A stretch of 63,812 nt of DNA, filler included, from Sphacelaria rigidula (Eukaryota), in the NCBI GenBank assembly GCA_964200075.2. It is 8 parts of 8 records of this genome, joined end to end, with 100 filler letters (N's around TTAATTAATTAA, not from the genome) between each part and the next. Parts side by side here need not be neighbours in the genome. Positions count along the whole stretch, not along the records: positions 15,981 to 23,869 come from CAXNAA020013088.1; positions 23,970 to 31,858 come from CAXNAA020013089.1; positions 31,959 to 39,847 come from CAXNAA020013090.1; 5 more parts are not named here. One strand, written 5' to 3'. The notes below the pieces were generated by a model. The model searched no databases, was not told the origin of the DNA, and was given only the letters and a program-made list of their open reading frames with translations. How positions within the stretch are numbered: the first letter of the stretch is position 1; the number at the start of each line of letters is the position of its first letter. Below, piece by piece: positions 23,251 through 35,300 of the stretch. A program made the position numbers and the translations under genes.

Positions 23251-25103
23251 AAAAAGTCGGGTGTGGTGCAGGAACTGAGATATATGCCACCTTGATTTCC
23301 TTGCTTAGGCCATCTCTTGTAGGCAGAAGGCGGGCTCTCGGAGAAATGGCCTTTGTGAGCCTTTTATCGCGGATTTTCGGCGGAATACGGGCCTTCGCGG
23401 ACTGGGGCTCCACTGAAAGATTTCCTGCAGGCTGGGTCGCCCAAGACGCGGACAGGGATGTGAACACGCGACTTCGCAGCTCGAATTTGGGTCGTTTTTT
23501 ATGAAATTTGACAAAATGTTCAGGACGTATGTACGAAGACTCCATTTCCGGCCCCCTACATTTGCCCCCTCTTTTTTGGAATTTTTCACGATTTTGTTCC
23601 GAAATATAATGTTGTGGAATGCTTGGTTGCCGATAACTCACGGAGAAAAAATAAATAGATGTACGGGGCAAATGGGGGCGTCTTCGCATATACATCTGCA
23701 CATCGTATCAAAATTCGATAGAAAACGACCTGAAAGTAACCCTTTTGGGACCGGACCCCCGCTAACACAGGCTTGACCTTGTGTTAGTGATATAATAAAA
23801 AAATAAGTCTTCGAGCGACCTACCCAATCACAGCGAGGCGAAATTCGTTGACCAGATCCGAACGACCAGNNNNNNNNNNNNNNNNNNNNNNNNNNNNNNN
23901 NNNNNNNNNNNNNTTAATTAATTAANNNNNNNNNNNNNNNNNNNNNNNNNNNNNNNNNNNNNNNNNNNNGCATGATCATGAGTACACCCCCTCCCCCCCC
24001 CGACTTTTCTTCTGCGATGCTCGCCTTAATTTTCACAATAGTTTATTTTTCTCCTTCTCCTTCCCTTTTTTTTTCTTCTTCCATTCAGTTCACGTTATTC
24101 TCTGTTTTCTGTTCCGTATTCTCCCTTCTCGATTTTCTTCCAACAAGCGCTACCATTTGCTTGACCTTTGAATACGATCCCACGGCTGGGTTATGACTCG
24201 TCGTGGATCAGGTCGTGCATCACCTTTTCATTATTCAAATATTGAATAATTATATTTGGTGTCTAAAACACGTGCGGGGAACGGACAGAGGCACGGTGTT
24301 GTCACTTCCTTTTCTTTTTGCCCTCCCGAACTAAGAATAGTCCTTTCATGCATTTTTTTTCCTGTCCGCTTATCCTATGGCAATGAGTGACGCTGTGCTG
24401 TACGAGTGGTCGTATTAAGCTCACACTCTGGATAATGACAGTAGACTACACACTGTCGAAAAGTGTACTGCGTGCAATATGGAATCTATCGTCTAATGCA
24501 ATAGACGCAATAGTCGATACTGTATGCAGTACGCTTTTTGACAACGTAATAGTTGTTATTTTCCAGGGTGTGATTAAGTTGAACCGAACATCCCGTGAAA
24601 TCTTATCGAGATAATTATCGCGAGCTTAACAAATATTGTTGCTTGCTGTTCGGAGAATATTCATCCCCTGCGCGGGGCGTCCCTGCTTCCACGTCTGTTT
24701 TATGCTGACCGGGTGACCATGGCTAACCCTAACCTTAACCCCGCGGGATCAATTACAGTGTGACGATCAATCAAATCGAAATCACATCGATGGGCTAGTT
24801 TTTTTTCGATCGACCGGTGATGCCGTCTGTTGCCGAGAAGGTAGATGACTCTGTTGTTATTTTTCGTTCTTTCCGCCCCCCTTCCCCTCCCATTCTTTGT
24901 TTTCTTGTGTGTGTGTGTTTTTTTCTTTTATATTTCTCCTTGCATTTCGTGCTTTTAGAGCTCTTCATTCTTCGTTTTTAATTTGTACTTGTGTGTGTAC
25001 GTGTGTGGGTGTATGCGTGTGTGTGTTCATCTTCTTATTTATATTTTCACTTTTTTTTTATTCCTTTGTTTGGCTGCTTTTTTTGTCGTTACTGTGTTGC
25101 CAG

Positions 25104-28100
25104 GAAGCCGTGGATTCCATGTACAGCACAATCATCAACTTGAACACGGAAAACAAGCTCATCAAGAAGGACTGCTGGCGCTATCAGTTCATCGACCACA
25201 TGGAAAAGTGAGTTCCGTCATCGTCCATCATCCCTCAGACTTTGCGTCGCACGTATTGTCCCGCATTTTCCCCCGTGTCTGTCCGAGCGCGGGGAATCAC
25301 GTGGGTTTGTCGAGTTCCCATGGCTGAGACATGCGTGTTTTCGTTGAACCCCAACCGTGTTTTTCCAGAATTTGTGAGCTTTTCTGTGCAGGAGATATCT
25401 GTGAATATGTGTGACTTCATGTCCTCACGCGTGTTCTCGTGATTTTTGCGGGAAAAAAAAACTACCCTAAACCTCTTGAGAAATAGAAAAAGAACAGCTG
25501 TACAGCAGTGTTGGAATAAAAACTCATGGCTTTGACTTTTATACCGAAACCATGTAGCAGAAGCCAACCATTTTCATATACATATATATATATATATATA
25601 TTTTTTTTCGTTTCCTTTCTTGGTATACCCTGTTGTTCTGCTAATTATTATTATTATTATTTTTTCTTCAGCGAAAAAGTGTATCAGTTTTGTTTTTCCT
25701 CGGGTACGGCTGTCACGTGATCACGGCTGGATCCCTGGGGGGTCAGTTGAAGTGCGGGAATCAATCACTATGACAAACATTCATCCTAAATAGCTCAGCA
25801 GAGGATTCCATACTGTCCCTGAGACAAGACGGCAGAATTTCTGAAATGATGGCCAATTGTCTCGGAGCAGACGTTCGTAGAGTCCTTGCGATAAAATGCG
25901 TGTGTGTTGTGTTGACATCCATCTACTCTGGACGCCAATTTACACCTTCCGATATATGTGGCAGCATCAGCCGGGGTTACACGGAGAGGAAGATCAACGC
26001 AGGTGTTTTATTTATATTTATTTATTTTTGTTCTTGAACTTCACCTTTCATATGCGTTGCTCCCCTTACTTTTATCATGGGGAGGGTTGAGCGGTCGAAT
26101 CATGCTACGATAGGGGGGGAAGGGGGGTATTTTGGGCCGCTTCCTTCGACGAAATTCCGCTTCAATCGCTGTTGAAAGCAGCCAACAGTTATTCGAACGC
26201 TCTTGCTCCCGATAAATAGCGATCATTCACACTGCTTTACACCGCTTTTACCCAAATACAAGCGCACCGCGTGTGTTTTAGGTCGTTTGACGCATCTATG
26301 AGCACATTTTTTCGTGGGATCAAACACCTCCCCCTATCGTAGCATGGCTTGGTTCCTTTCTCTCGTCGACCGTGAAGTCGAATTTTGTGTACCCACGATG
26401 TAGTCGCTCTCCACTGTTGGGTACTGTGTGAGAAAAAATTCCAGATCGTGTGACAGCACCGAGGTTCGAACCCACGCCCCAATCGTCAGGATGTGTCGAG
26501 GTGTCCACCTGAGTCGTCTGAGTTGAAGTGGCACGGCTGAAACCAGTCAGGCGGTAGGGTGCAGGCTCGATTCCCCACACAGATATGTATTTTGTTCCGT
26601 TATTTTTCTCGACAAGTGTCGGGTGTTTCCGTTGTTGAAAAATGTGAAGATGTACGTAGCGAAAAAAGCGTATGCTTGAGCGAGTTTTGATCGGTGACAG
26701 TTGACGCGGTGCGGGAGTAGTGCTGGCCCGATCCGCCATACCGAAATGTAAGGCGAATAAAGAGATGGGTTGCCCCCCTTGAGACCGCCTGAGACTCGTC
26801 CCGAGGAAGGAGGGATGTTTGAAGTGAGATGAAGAAACGAGAGAAACACTTGGATGTCGGTACATTCGTGTTTGGAATGGTTAGCAGCTGCGATTGTAGA
26901 TATTTCTGCACGAGATATTGGAGTATGACCTGAAATTTTATGCTCGTGCAAGAAGTCTTCACAGAGAGTCTACGGCCGTATACCTAGGTGCCTTTCAGGA
27001 CCAATGGTTGAATATGTCGGAGGAATGAAGAGTCGTCTGAAATTTTCTTGGCGTGAGTGTAATTGATTCGTACCATACGAATCAGTCCTTGGGCTTTGTT
27101 TTTAGGGTTGTACCCCAATTACGCGCGCACCTCAGCCATGGGATGGTGCAAAAAGTTGTGTGGAGACCGCTGTGACCCGTGGACTGCAGACAGTGATAAC
27201 ACTCGAAACGTGAATATATGACCACTGATACCCGGATGTCAACTTGTGACACGACACGTGCAAGGCGTTCACATTCTGCAGTAGTGTGTGTACACACTGG
27301 TGTGTTATGCTCTAGTGTGACATACTCCAGTGCAGGGCGTCAAAAAGTGCCTGTGGCGCTGCGGATAATTTACTTCCATCTACGCACAATATCCCGTGCC
27401 TTGTTCATATTACTCTCTAAATGTACTATTTTTGTACCTCAAACAACCTCAAACCACTCTGAATAGGTTTTACCACGTGCTAAAACCAATTTTTGACTGA
27501 TTTTGGAGGGTATTTCGGAAGAAAAGGCCGATTTTTTTGCTCCGCGGGGCCCCTCCCGGGAGGCTCCAGGGGAGGGCCGCATATCGCCTTCGGGCCTCCA
27601 GACATTTTGACGGCCAGTGTGTCAAACCCCAGTGTATGTGTTGATCGATCGATCGATCGATTGATTGATTGATTGATTGATTGATTCGTTAAATAATTTA
27701 TTATCGCACATTGAATCATCCCTGATGAGTCTTTCGATTGTCCTGGTCACAGTATAGGCTTGGGGCCTGTCTTAGCACATGGGTTTTCGATCGAAAAAGT
27801 GCGGTGGAAAACAAAAATCCTGCTCTGATAGGTCATGATTTCAACCATCGTCCCAGGCCCTTACCCGTAACCGAGCTGCAGTTAACAAACGAAAACACTT
27901 GCTGATAAAAACTCGAGGAAGGGGGAGATATGATGAAGAAAAATCGGACAAACGGAGTAAGCTGACCGATAAAATGTCCACAAAACCGTCGGGTTGAATA
28001 AAGTACAGAAGAAGAAACAAAGAGAACAGAAGGAAGATTGGGAAAGCAACTAAAGGCAAGAAAAAAGAAAACTATCGCGATGAAAATAGAAATGGTAATA

Positions 28101-28882
28101 TTGATGACAATGACAATAATGTAATGATCATGTAATGATGATGATAATGAAAGATTAATAACAGTAACAAGAATATTTGATAATAACAATAATGAAAATA
28201 AACAAGAAATGGTCTGCCCCTACAGCGTGGCTTCAGGTGAAGGAGCCCCGTTCAAAAATGAGGAAAAATACCTGGAGTATGATTTTGTATGAATTTTCTA
28301 TTCATATACAGTATGTTTTCGAGGGGCGTTATGCACCTCTCCACAGCGCATTTTGCGATGCCTCTGTTATGTACTGCAGCATCATCTGCACCTCCAGGAT
28401 ATGTGAAGGCGCAATATTTTCACAGGTTCAACATTCAGTAGACGGAGGGAGGAAACAGTAGTGGCGAGCATCAACAGTTTGTCGTAAAACGTGAATCCCT
28501 CCCCAATGGTCGTATGACGATGGCATGCATGATCACGAGTGCACCCCCCCCCCCCCCCCGTGCTCCGTCTCGAAAGGGATGCGTGGTCAATGGTCAGACG
28601 ACTAAGGCAAGCAACACATGAGAACGCCCNNNNNNNNNNCTCTCCCCCCCCCCACCCCCCCAAAAAAAAACAGCCCTCTCACCCCTCACCCCCCCCAGCC
28701 AAACACACAAAAAAGAGCCCCCCCCCCCCCCCCCCCGTCCCCTCCCTGTGGTTGTGACATTTTCGTCTTGTTTTCGGCAGGATGTTCGATGACGACGAGA
28801 AAGAGAGCGGATCGGCCTCAAAGGTCAATTTCCAGAAGGCGTCATGCACCATTGATGCTTCGGTCAAGATTTATTCCCACAG
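25104..28882 (+). CDS. NCAPH: Condensin I kleisin subunit CAP-H (Barren/Cnd2), two internal exons
   Basis: Exon 25104-25207 (MYSTIINLNTENKLIKKDCWRYQFIDHME) splices in phase 2 to exon 28781-28882 (KVNFQKASCTIDASVKIYSHR). These match the conserved N-terminal ENKI..NxW..LID and NFQKASCTLDxxVKIY kleisin motifs. Confidence 0.88.
25897..26530 (-). mobile_element. tRNA-derived SINE (second copy), interrupted by a Sola-like MITE
   Basis: Alignable to 16891-17248; B-box GGTTCGAACC on the minus strand. Confidence 0.75.
26097..26350. mobile_element. Sola-like MITE
   Basis: TIRs GAATCATGCTACGATAGGGG / CCCCTATCGTAGCATGGCTT; near-TSD GGTC/GGTT. Confidence 0.75.
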
Positions 28883-29697
28883 GTCATCATTTTTGTTATT
28901 TATATACTACGAGTAGTAGTTTTTTTTTTCCCTTAATTTTTCTTCCTCATTGTGTTCTTCCTCATTGTGTTCTCTTCTTTTTTTCTTAGTCTACTCTGTT
29001 CTACCATGCTGTTCTACCGTTTCTTTACTGTACTTTAGCGCATCTTTCCGTTTTGCTTCTATCTCGGATACGTCCATCATGTGGATAATGACCACGACTG
29101 GATCATGGCTACCTGGGGAAATCAGTTAAAGTACGACAATTGGCCAACCAATGAATCAATCATTTGTCTTTCCCGCACATTAGCCCGATTTCTCGAATCC
29201 GTTTTGACGGGTATGGGCGTCATGTACCTGCGATCTTTTAGCGGTACGATAGGTTAAGCAAGGCAACGACGGCCTGAGACTGTAACAAGAGGGGGCACAA
29301 TATTGACATAAGTCAACACCACTCGCCTTGGTGATGGATTGGTTGGTTGGACGACGGATTCATGGATTGGCTGACCCATTTTATCCATTTATTGGTTGAT
29401 TGTCTCGATCGATTGCATGGTTGATTCGACTGAAAGGAGTCCGTATGTCGTCCGTGTCAAGGGTATTGGTCCATACCTTCCCGGGTGCAAAACCTCTCTG
29501 GCAATTCGATTATCGATTGTTGGATGATGGCAACCGCCTCCACAGCCCGTCGATTTCCGTCGAACATTCTTCTAGCTGACGTTCTCGTGCTCATCACGAC
29601 AAAAAGAGACGCTAATGTAATTATTATGACCGGGGTTAGGACACTTAACTCCACTCGAACTGGCCGGAGTACCAATTTGACTGTTGGAGCAGCTTAA

Positions 29698-29917
29698 CCC
29701 TCAGACCGCGAGGTTAGTCTTTTGTTGAATCGGTATCAATTTCGAGTGAAAAAAAGTATGCGTGGTCCAGAAAGATTAATCTCGCGGTCTAAGGGTTGAC
29801 CCTTTTGGAACCCATTAGCGATTTTTGTTTTTGTGAATCGACATCATTTTCGGTCATTTTCAAGTCGAAATGATGCCGGTTCACGGAAACAAAAATCGTC
29901 AGTGGGTTCCAGGAGGG
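29698..29917. mobile_element. Two adjacent piggyBac-like MITEs (29698-29795 and 29800-29917)
   Basis: TTAA-CCCTCAGACCGCGAG...CTCGCGGTCTAAGGG-TTGA-CCCTTTTGGAACCCA...TGGGTTCCAGGAGGG-TTAA. Confidence 0.8.
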
Positions 29918-30062
29918 TTAATATACTGTAACTATGAATTCTATTTTCGACTTCTTTCTACCCTATATTGGGGTAGTTAGCCTCTGACCACGGAAAGCGT
30001 CCGCATGAGACGCTCAGTACAGAGTACTGCGCAGATATCGGAACGTTTTTTTTAATGGGAAG

Positions 30063-30110
<48 letters not shown>

Positions 30111-30204
30111 GCAATGAATGTATGGATGTGTGGACGTATGGACGTAAGTATCTGTTGCCGCTGTTGCCGCTGTTGCCGCTGTTGCCGCTGTTGCCGCTGT
30201 TGCC
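30063..30204. repeat. (ACA)n microsatellite and (TGTTGCCGC)n 9-mer repeat
   Basis: Direct reading. Confidence 0.9.
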
Positions 30205-30597
30205 ATGGATGGTGTCGGTTGTGTTTTCTGCTCGCCCGTTTTTATTTCTTTTGTCGTGGTGTCCGATCGTTTTTTTTGTTTTTGTCAACCTCACGCATTC
30301 TACCTGTTGTTGAAGTCGTATATATCTCGCTGTTTTGCTGTTTTGGTTTGGATGCACTGGTCTGGGCTTGGCGTTACTGTTACTTGGGTTCGCGTATATT
30401 TTCTGCCTGCGTTGTACTATGGACACACAGTAGTCATGGTCGATACGGTAAGTACAACAATTTGTTAAGACGCTACTGTAGTGTCCCACTGGAAAATTCG
30501 ATAGGCAACAAGGATCAAACGTACTGATTTCACAGCCTGAACAACATGTGGTCAATAGGTGCCACAGACAAAATGTACCGGGTAAAGTATAGGCCTA

Positions 30598-30974
30598 CTT
30601 CCTCTGTCCCATAAGTAAAGGTACCTAAATTTGTACGGGCCCTCAACGATGTCCGATTTTATTTTATTTTATGAACTCCACGGTGTTTTTTGGGTCGAGA
30701 AAATGTGTTCGAAATTTGCAGCTCGTGCTTGAACCATGCCGCCGAACAGCTGCAAAAAAAGTAGTAGGCCCCAAAATGGCCGTTTTTTGCCCCTTTCCGA
30801 GGGGAATAAACTACTTTTTTTGCACTGTTCGGCGGCATGGTTCAAGCACGAGCTGCAAATTTCAAACACATTTTCTCAACCCAAAAAACACCGTAGAACT
30901 CATACAAAAAAACGATCGGATATCGTTAAGGGCCCGTACAAATTTAGGTAGCTTTACTTATGGGACAGAGGAAG
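30598..30974. mobile_element. Stowaway/mariner-like fold-back MITE
   Basis: TA-CTTCCTCTGTCCCATAAG...CTTATGGGACAGAGGAAG-TA; almost the whole element is an inverted repeat; TIR resembles the Stowaway CTCCCTCCGTCCC consensus. Confidence 0.88.
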
Positions 30975-31479
30975 TATAGCATCTATTGACCATATATTGT
31001 CCAGGGTGTGATCATGTTTAGTGTGCATCCAGCGGGATGCCCTGACCGGTGGGTCGATACAATATTGCACACGTCAGACAGCCAATGAGCTATCTCAAAT
31101 ATCTGATGGAAGATGACTCTCAAATTCATTGTCCAAGAATACAAACTTCGTAACAACAGGGTTTGAGAAGTCAAAGCGCTATCTTTGTGCTTCTCGACGT
31201 GCTCGGCGTCCAGCTCTGTGGGGAGTAAACATAGAAAAAGTGACCTATTGAGCGAGCGCATGATCCGGATCAGTACACCCGTAAGAAGCAGTATTTGTGT
31301 AGCTCGTGAGATGTCCGACATGTGACAGATCATCACATACTACTCTTAGAGCTCACCGAACAGAATGCGGAATGCGCTATAATACGATCCAGTGCTGATG
31401 AAAGATCCTGCGTGGTACGAGTGTGCACTAGATAATGGTCTACTTTTTTTGCCCCGACGTACGTGTACGGTTTGGCCGA

Positions 31480-31730
31480 GTCGTGCTTGCGCACCGGTCG
31501 TGAAATATGTTGGCGGAACGTTCTAGAAAATTCACGATTTCGAACCAACACTAACCCTAACCCTATCCCCAACCCAAGGCATACGAGAATGCTCGGGCAA
31601 GGAGGGTGCCAAGGGTGCTCCAGGCAAACTGTGCCTTGGCAGATCTCAAATCGACGCCTGCGGCACCGATGTGGACAAAAAACGCGGTCTGGGCAAGCTT
31701 GGAGCACTCGGGACTGTGAGCCCCTCTAAA
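31480..31730 (+). repeat. Dispersed repeat carrying internal (TAACCC)n; second copy ~46640-46830
   Basis: Shared CCAAGGC..CTCGGGCAAGG..AGATCTCAAATC..CCTGCGGC..TGGAC core preceded by TAACCC units. Confidence 0.7.
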
Positions 31731-31958
31731 TATCCGAATATTGGTGTCCACACGTTTTTGTTACGTGTTTGTCTACTATGTCGTTCTTTTCGACTTTGTT
31801 TTTCTTCTGTTCCTTTTTTTTTTTCTCAGCGAGTATTTCAGTTTTGTTTTTCTTGGGTNNNNNNNNNNNNNNNNNNNNNNNNNNNNNNNNNNNNNNNNNN
31901 NNTTAATTAATTAANNNNNNNNNNNNNNNNNNNNNNNNNNNNNNNNNNNNNNNNNNNN

Positions 31959-34900
31959 CCCCCCCCCCCTCGCGGCGACGGTGGAGGCACTTCGCCCCCT
32001 CTACTACTGACGGGGATCTGCGGTGCTGCTCCGCCCCTCCCACCAACGGAACTCGGCGGGGAGGACGGCGCGCTTGAGGAACCGCTGGGCGAAGTATCCA
32101 CTGCCGAGCTTTCCGTCCTGTCTTCACCCACATCCTGGCCTTGATCGACGCTGGAATCCTTCAGCTCGCCCGGCGTCTGGATCGCTTGCTGTAGTGTGCG
32201 GGGGGGGGGACAGCGGACGTACGTGCCCATGTTACATGTCTTGTCACGGAGATAGTTCCTCGTACAGTCAGAACTCGCATCGCGTCACGTGGGTAGCCCT
32301 CGGCTGGGCTCAAGTACCAGCATTTTTCGGTCTTCGGCTGTAATTTATTTGTCCGCTTCCTATAAAAACCAGGCTCCAAGAGCGGAATGAGATCACCTTC
32401 CGGTGGTGATCCATACCACATCTCATGCGGTGGTTTGTGGTGCAGGTTAGACGAGGTAGCGGTACAGTTCAGGGCGTGACACGCCCAGTTCACCTGTTCA
32501 GCCCACAGGCTGTCCCCATTTGGGATGCGCTCGTCGGGGTACAGCTCAGGTGCTTGGATTCTGGCCGCAAGGTCTGCTGTTTCGATGACACCTAACGCTC
32601 GCTCTACAACACCGTTGAACTGGGGTGAGTCGGCAGTTGTCTTCTCCTGCTTGATCTTTTCTCTGTCGCACAGTTCACCAAATGCACCCTCCGAAAATTC
32701 ACCCCCGTCATCGCTACGGACTATCTCGATTTTTCTCGGAGAGACCCATGCAATATATTTCGCGAAGTATCTCTCTGCTTCATCCTTCTTACGGAGGAAA
32801 TACAGCTTTGTGTGCCGTGAGGGATCATCTCGGACAATCATCGTGTACGACTTTCCCCCGTTAGACTTGACTGGTTTCGGCCCGGAAAGATCTACGAACA
32901 CCCTAGACGCTGACTTAGCTGCTCTCGTGTGCGTCGATCTTGGAATCGGTCTCCGCAGTCCCTTCGCCTCTGAATAGCCGCGGCAGGGCTGCAGCTCCCC
33001 AGCCAGCTGCTTTCCCTGCTGCTTCGCCGTCTCCTCAGCAAATCCTCGTGGACGTGAGCGTGGGAACAGTGGAACTCATTGATGTCAGCGGTCTGGGGGC
33101 TAGGCGGAGCCCCCGGGGCAATAACAGCATATGCCGAAGCACACTTGTCACCACCACTTAGATCGAGGCGGCGGGCGTACATTCTGAGTTGACGTGTTTG
33201 TCCGGGTATTATCAGTGCATTTTCTGAATTGAGATCTACCCTGAAACCTGTACAAAAAGCAGTGTAGGTGTGTCCCATGCGTTGGACCCTCGTGAGTGAC
33301 AAGAAGTGATGACGGACACCAGGTACATGATCAACATCTACCAGTTTTAGGATTACATCCTGTCCGTCAGATCTGAAAGCAAGATACAAATTTCCTCTGC
33401 CTACGATCGGGTAAGTACTACCTCCCGCAAACCGTTGTGCACTACCCTTGCACTCTCTGTACTCCGTCATCCCATGGGAATCGTGGGAGAAATGCTGGGT
33501 AGCCCTCGTGTCAAATATCCACGGTTCGCCCTAACCCTGCTGACTATCACCCCCCCCGCTCAACACTCAATGCATACTCGCCTGTGTCGCCGTTGATGGT
33601 GGTGCCAAGAGAGTTGAAAGCCTCTCCATCCGCCACCGAACAGACAGAGGAGCTGCCGCTGTCGTCGGCCGCGCCCGTCGCCTTCACCGCGTCTTCTTTC
33701 TTCTCTGTCGATCTCGGGCAGTCTCAGAACGTGTGCCCCTGCTGACCGCACCTCCCGCAGTATCTCTTCGGGCAGTTCCTGGCTCGATGCGTCGTGTTCT
33801 CGTTGCAAATGTGGCAGCGGAGCAGCTGCCCAGTCGCCGGTTTGCCGTCCGACGATGCCGACCCAGAGCTACGTGAACTCTGGCTCCCGCCGTTTTTCTG
33901 ACCATAGCCCTGGGGTTTTCTCGGTTTTCCCTTGCGGTGGGCACCGCTCGGTTTCCCGGTCGCACCCCTGGCAAGGAAAGCCTGGTCACCCGGGGATAAC
34001 TTCCTTCCCCGGGCAAGTTCCTGCTTCAAAGATGTTGATTCGAAGCGCTTTCGGATCAAAGTCAACACAACCTCCCGTGTCAGCGGTCCCTCTCGATCCT
34101 CGAGCAATTGCTCTAAATGTGATACTCGAAAGGCAACGCGTTGAGAAATGTCAAGAGAATATGGTTTCCGCTTAGTCGTTCATGCTCCTCGTATGAATTC
34201 AGGTTACGTGCAAGTTCCTCCATCTCGAGCAGCTTCTGCTCTGGATCATCACGGACACCAATCTTGACTCCATCGAACTTTTCCAACAAAGCGGTTCTCG
34301 CCCCATTTGTTTTGGGGCGAAAGACATCCTCGAGTTTTCTCCAAACCGCAGCAGGTGAGTGGAGTCTAAGCAAAATATCTTGCTCCCTCCTTCCTTCTAA
34401 ACTAGCTACAAGTATTCGTCTGGCCCTTACGTTGGCTGCCACTGTGTCCTTCCCATGTCTGCTCTCCAGATACCCCATTTCTATCTCAGGATTACCGACA
34501 TCTACATCGTAAGAACTATCGCCGGCCATGGTGAACACCCAGCCAATTCCTTCGCCCCTTGCGAAGTTGACCAGTTCGTGCCTGTACCGAGCATATTCAG
34601 CGCTCTTCCCTGAAAATTTTGGGACGTTCTGACGAAAAGCGGGAACCCCTGACACATTTCCACCTGTATCGTTTATTTGGATTGACTCGCATGCGGGGAT
34701 AAAGCCCCTAGCTTCATCACTGGTGGCCTCGTTGTCCATTGCGTCGCGCGCTCCGTCCTCTGGAACAGCTTGACTTCCGATGTACCATCGCTCACTTCGA
34801 ACTCCAGCACCACGTCGCTCCGCTGTTCTATTTATGTTGAATTCCCCCGGTTGACTATGGGAGCCTTCACTATCGAAAACGTCGTTGTTTTCTGCCCCCC

Positions 34901-35300
34901 CGACCTCTCTTTCGAACCTCAAATTGCCCATGTTACTCTGTAATGTAGCTTGACTTAGCTGCATATCACGCATGAGCTGAGCCAAGGTGATCTGACTACG
35001 TACTTCTCGCATCTCCTCAGTAACACCCTGCTCACCCCTCACTGTAGCAGGCATATGACCTTGTTCTACCATTCTGCCCAACCGGTTGTAACACTAGTGT
35101 ATTCCGTGACCCGTGGCGAAGGGTAGACAGTTTTATCTTTCGTATTATTGGAGAGTGCCTAGACTGAGTCGACCCTATGACTGAGGGATCAGATGTTGAG
35201 TGAGCTCAGCGGGCAGCGTCGTAGCTGCCGTGAGCGGGGTGCTGTAGTCACACACACTCGACTACCAGTACCCGCACGTCCGCATTGATCTGTCCGCACA
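31959..35300 (-). mobile_element. Degenerate Ty1/Copia LTR retrotransposon 2 (gag, knuckles, protease, integrase; RT beyond contig end)
   Basis: Gag ORF 34113-35081, knuckles CHICNENTTHRARNC / CGRCGQQGH, protease region 32892-33470, and integrase VDLSGP...IVRSDDGGEF...SPQFNGVVER (32161-32901). PR-IN order; LTR boundary approximate. Confidence 0.93.
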
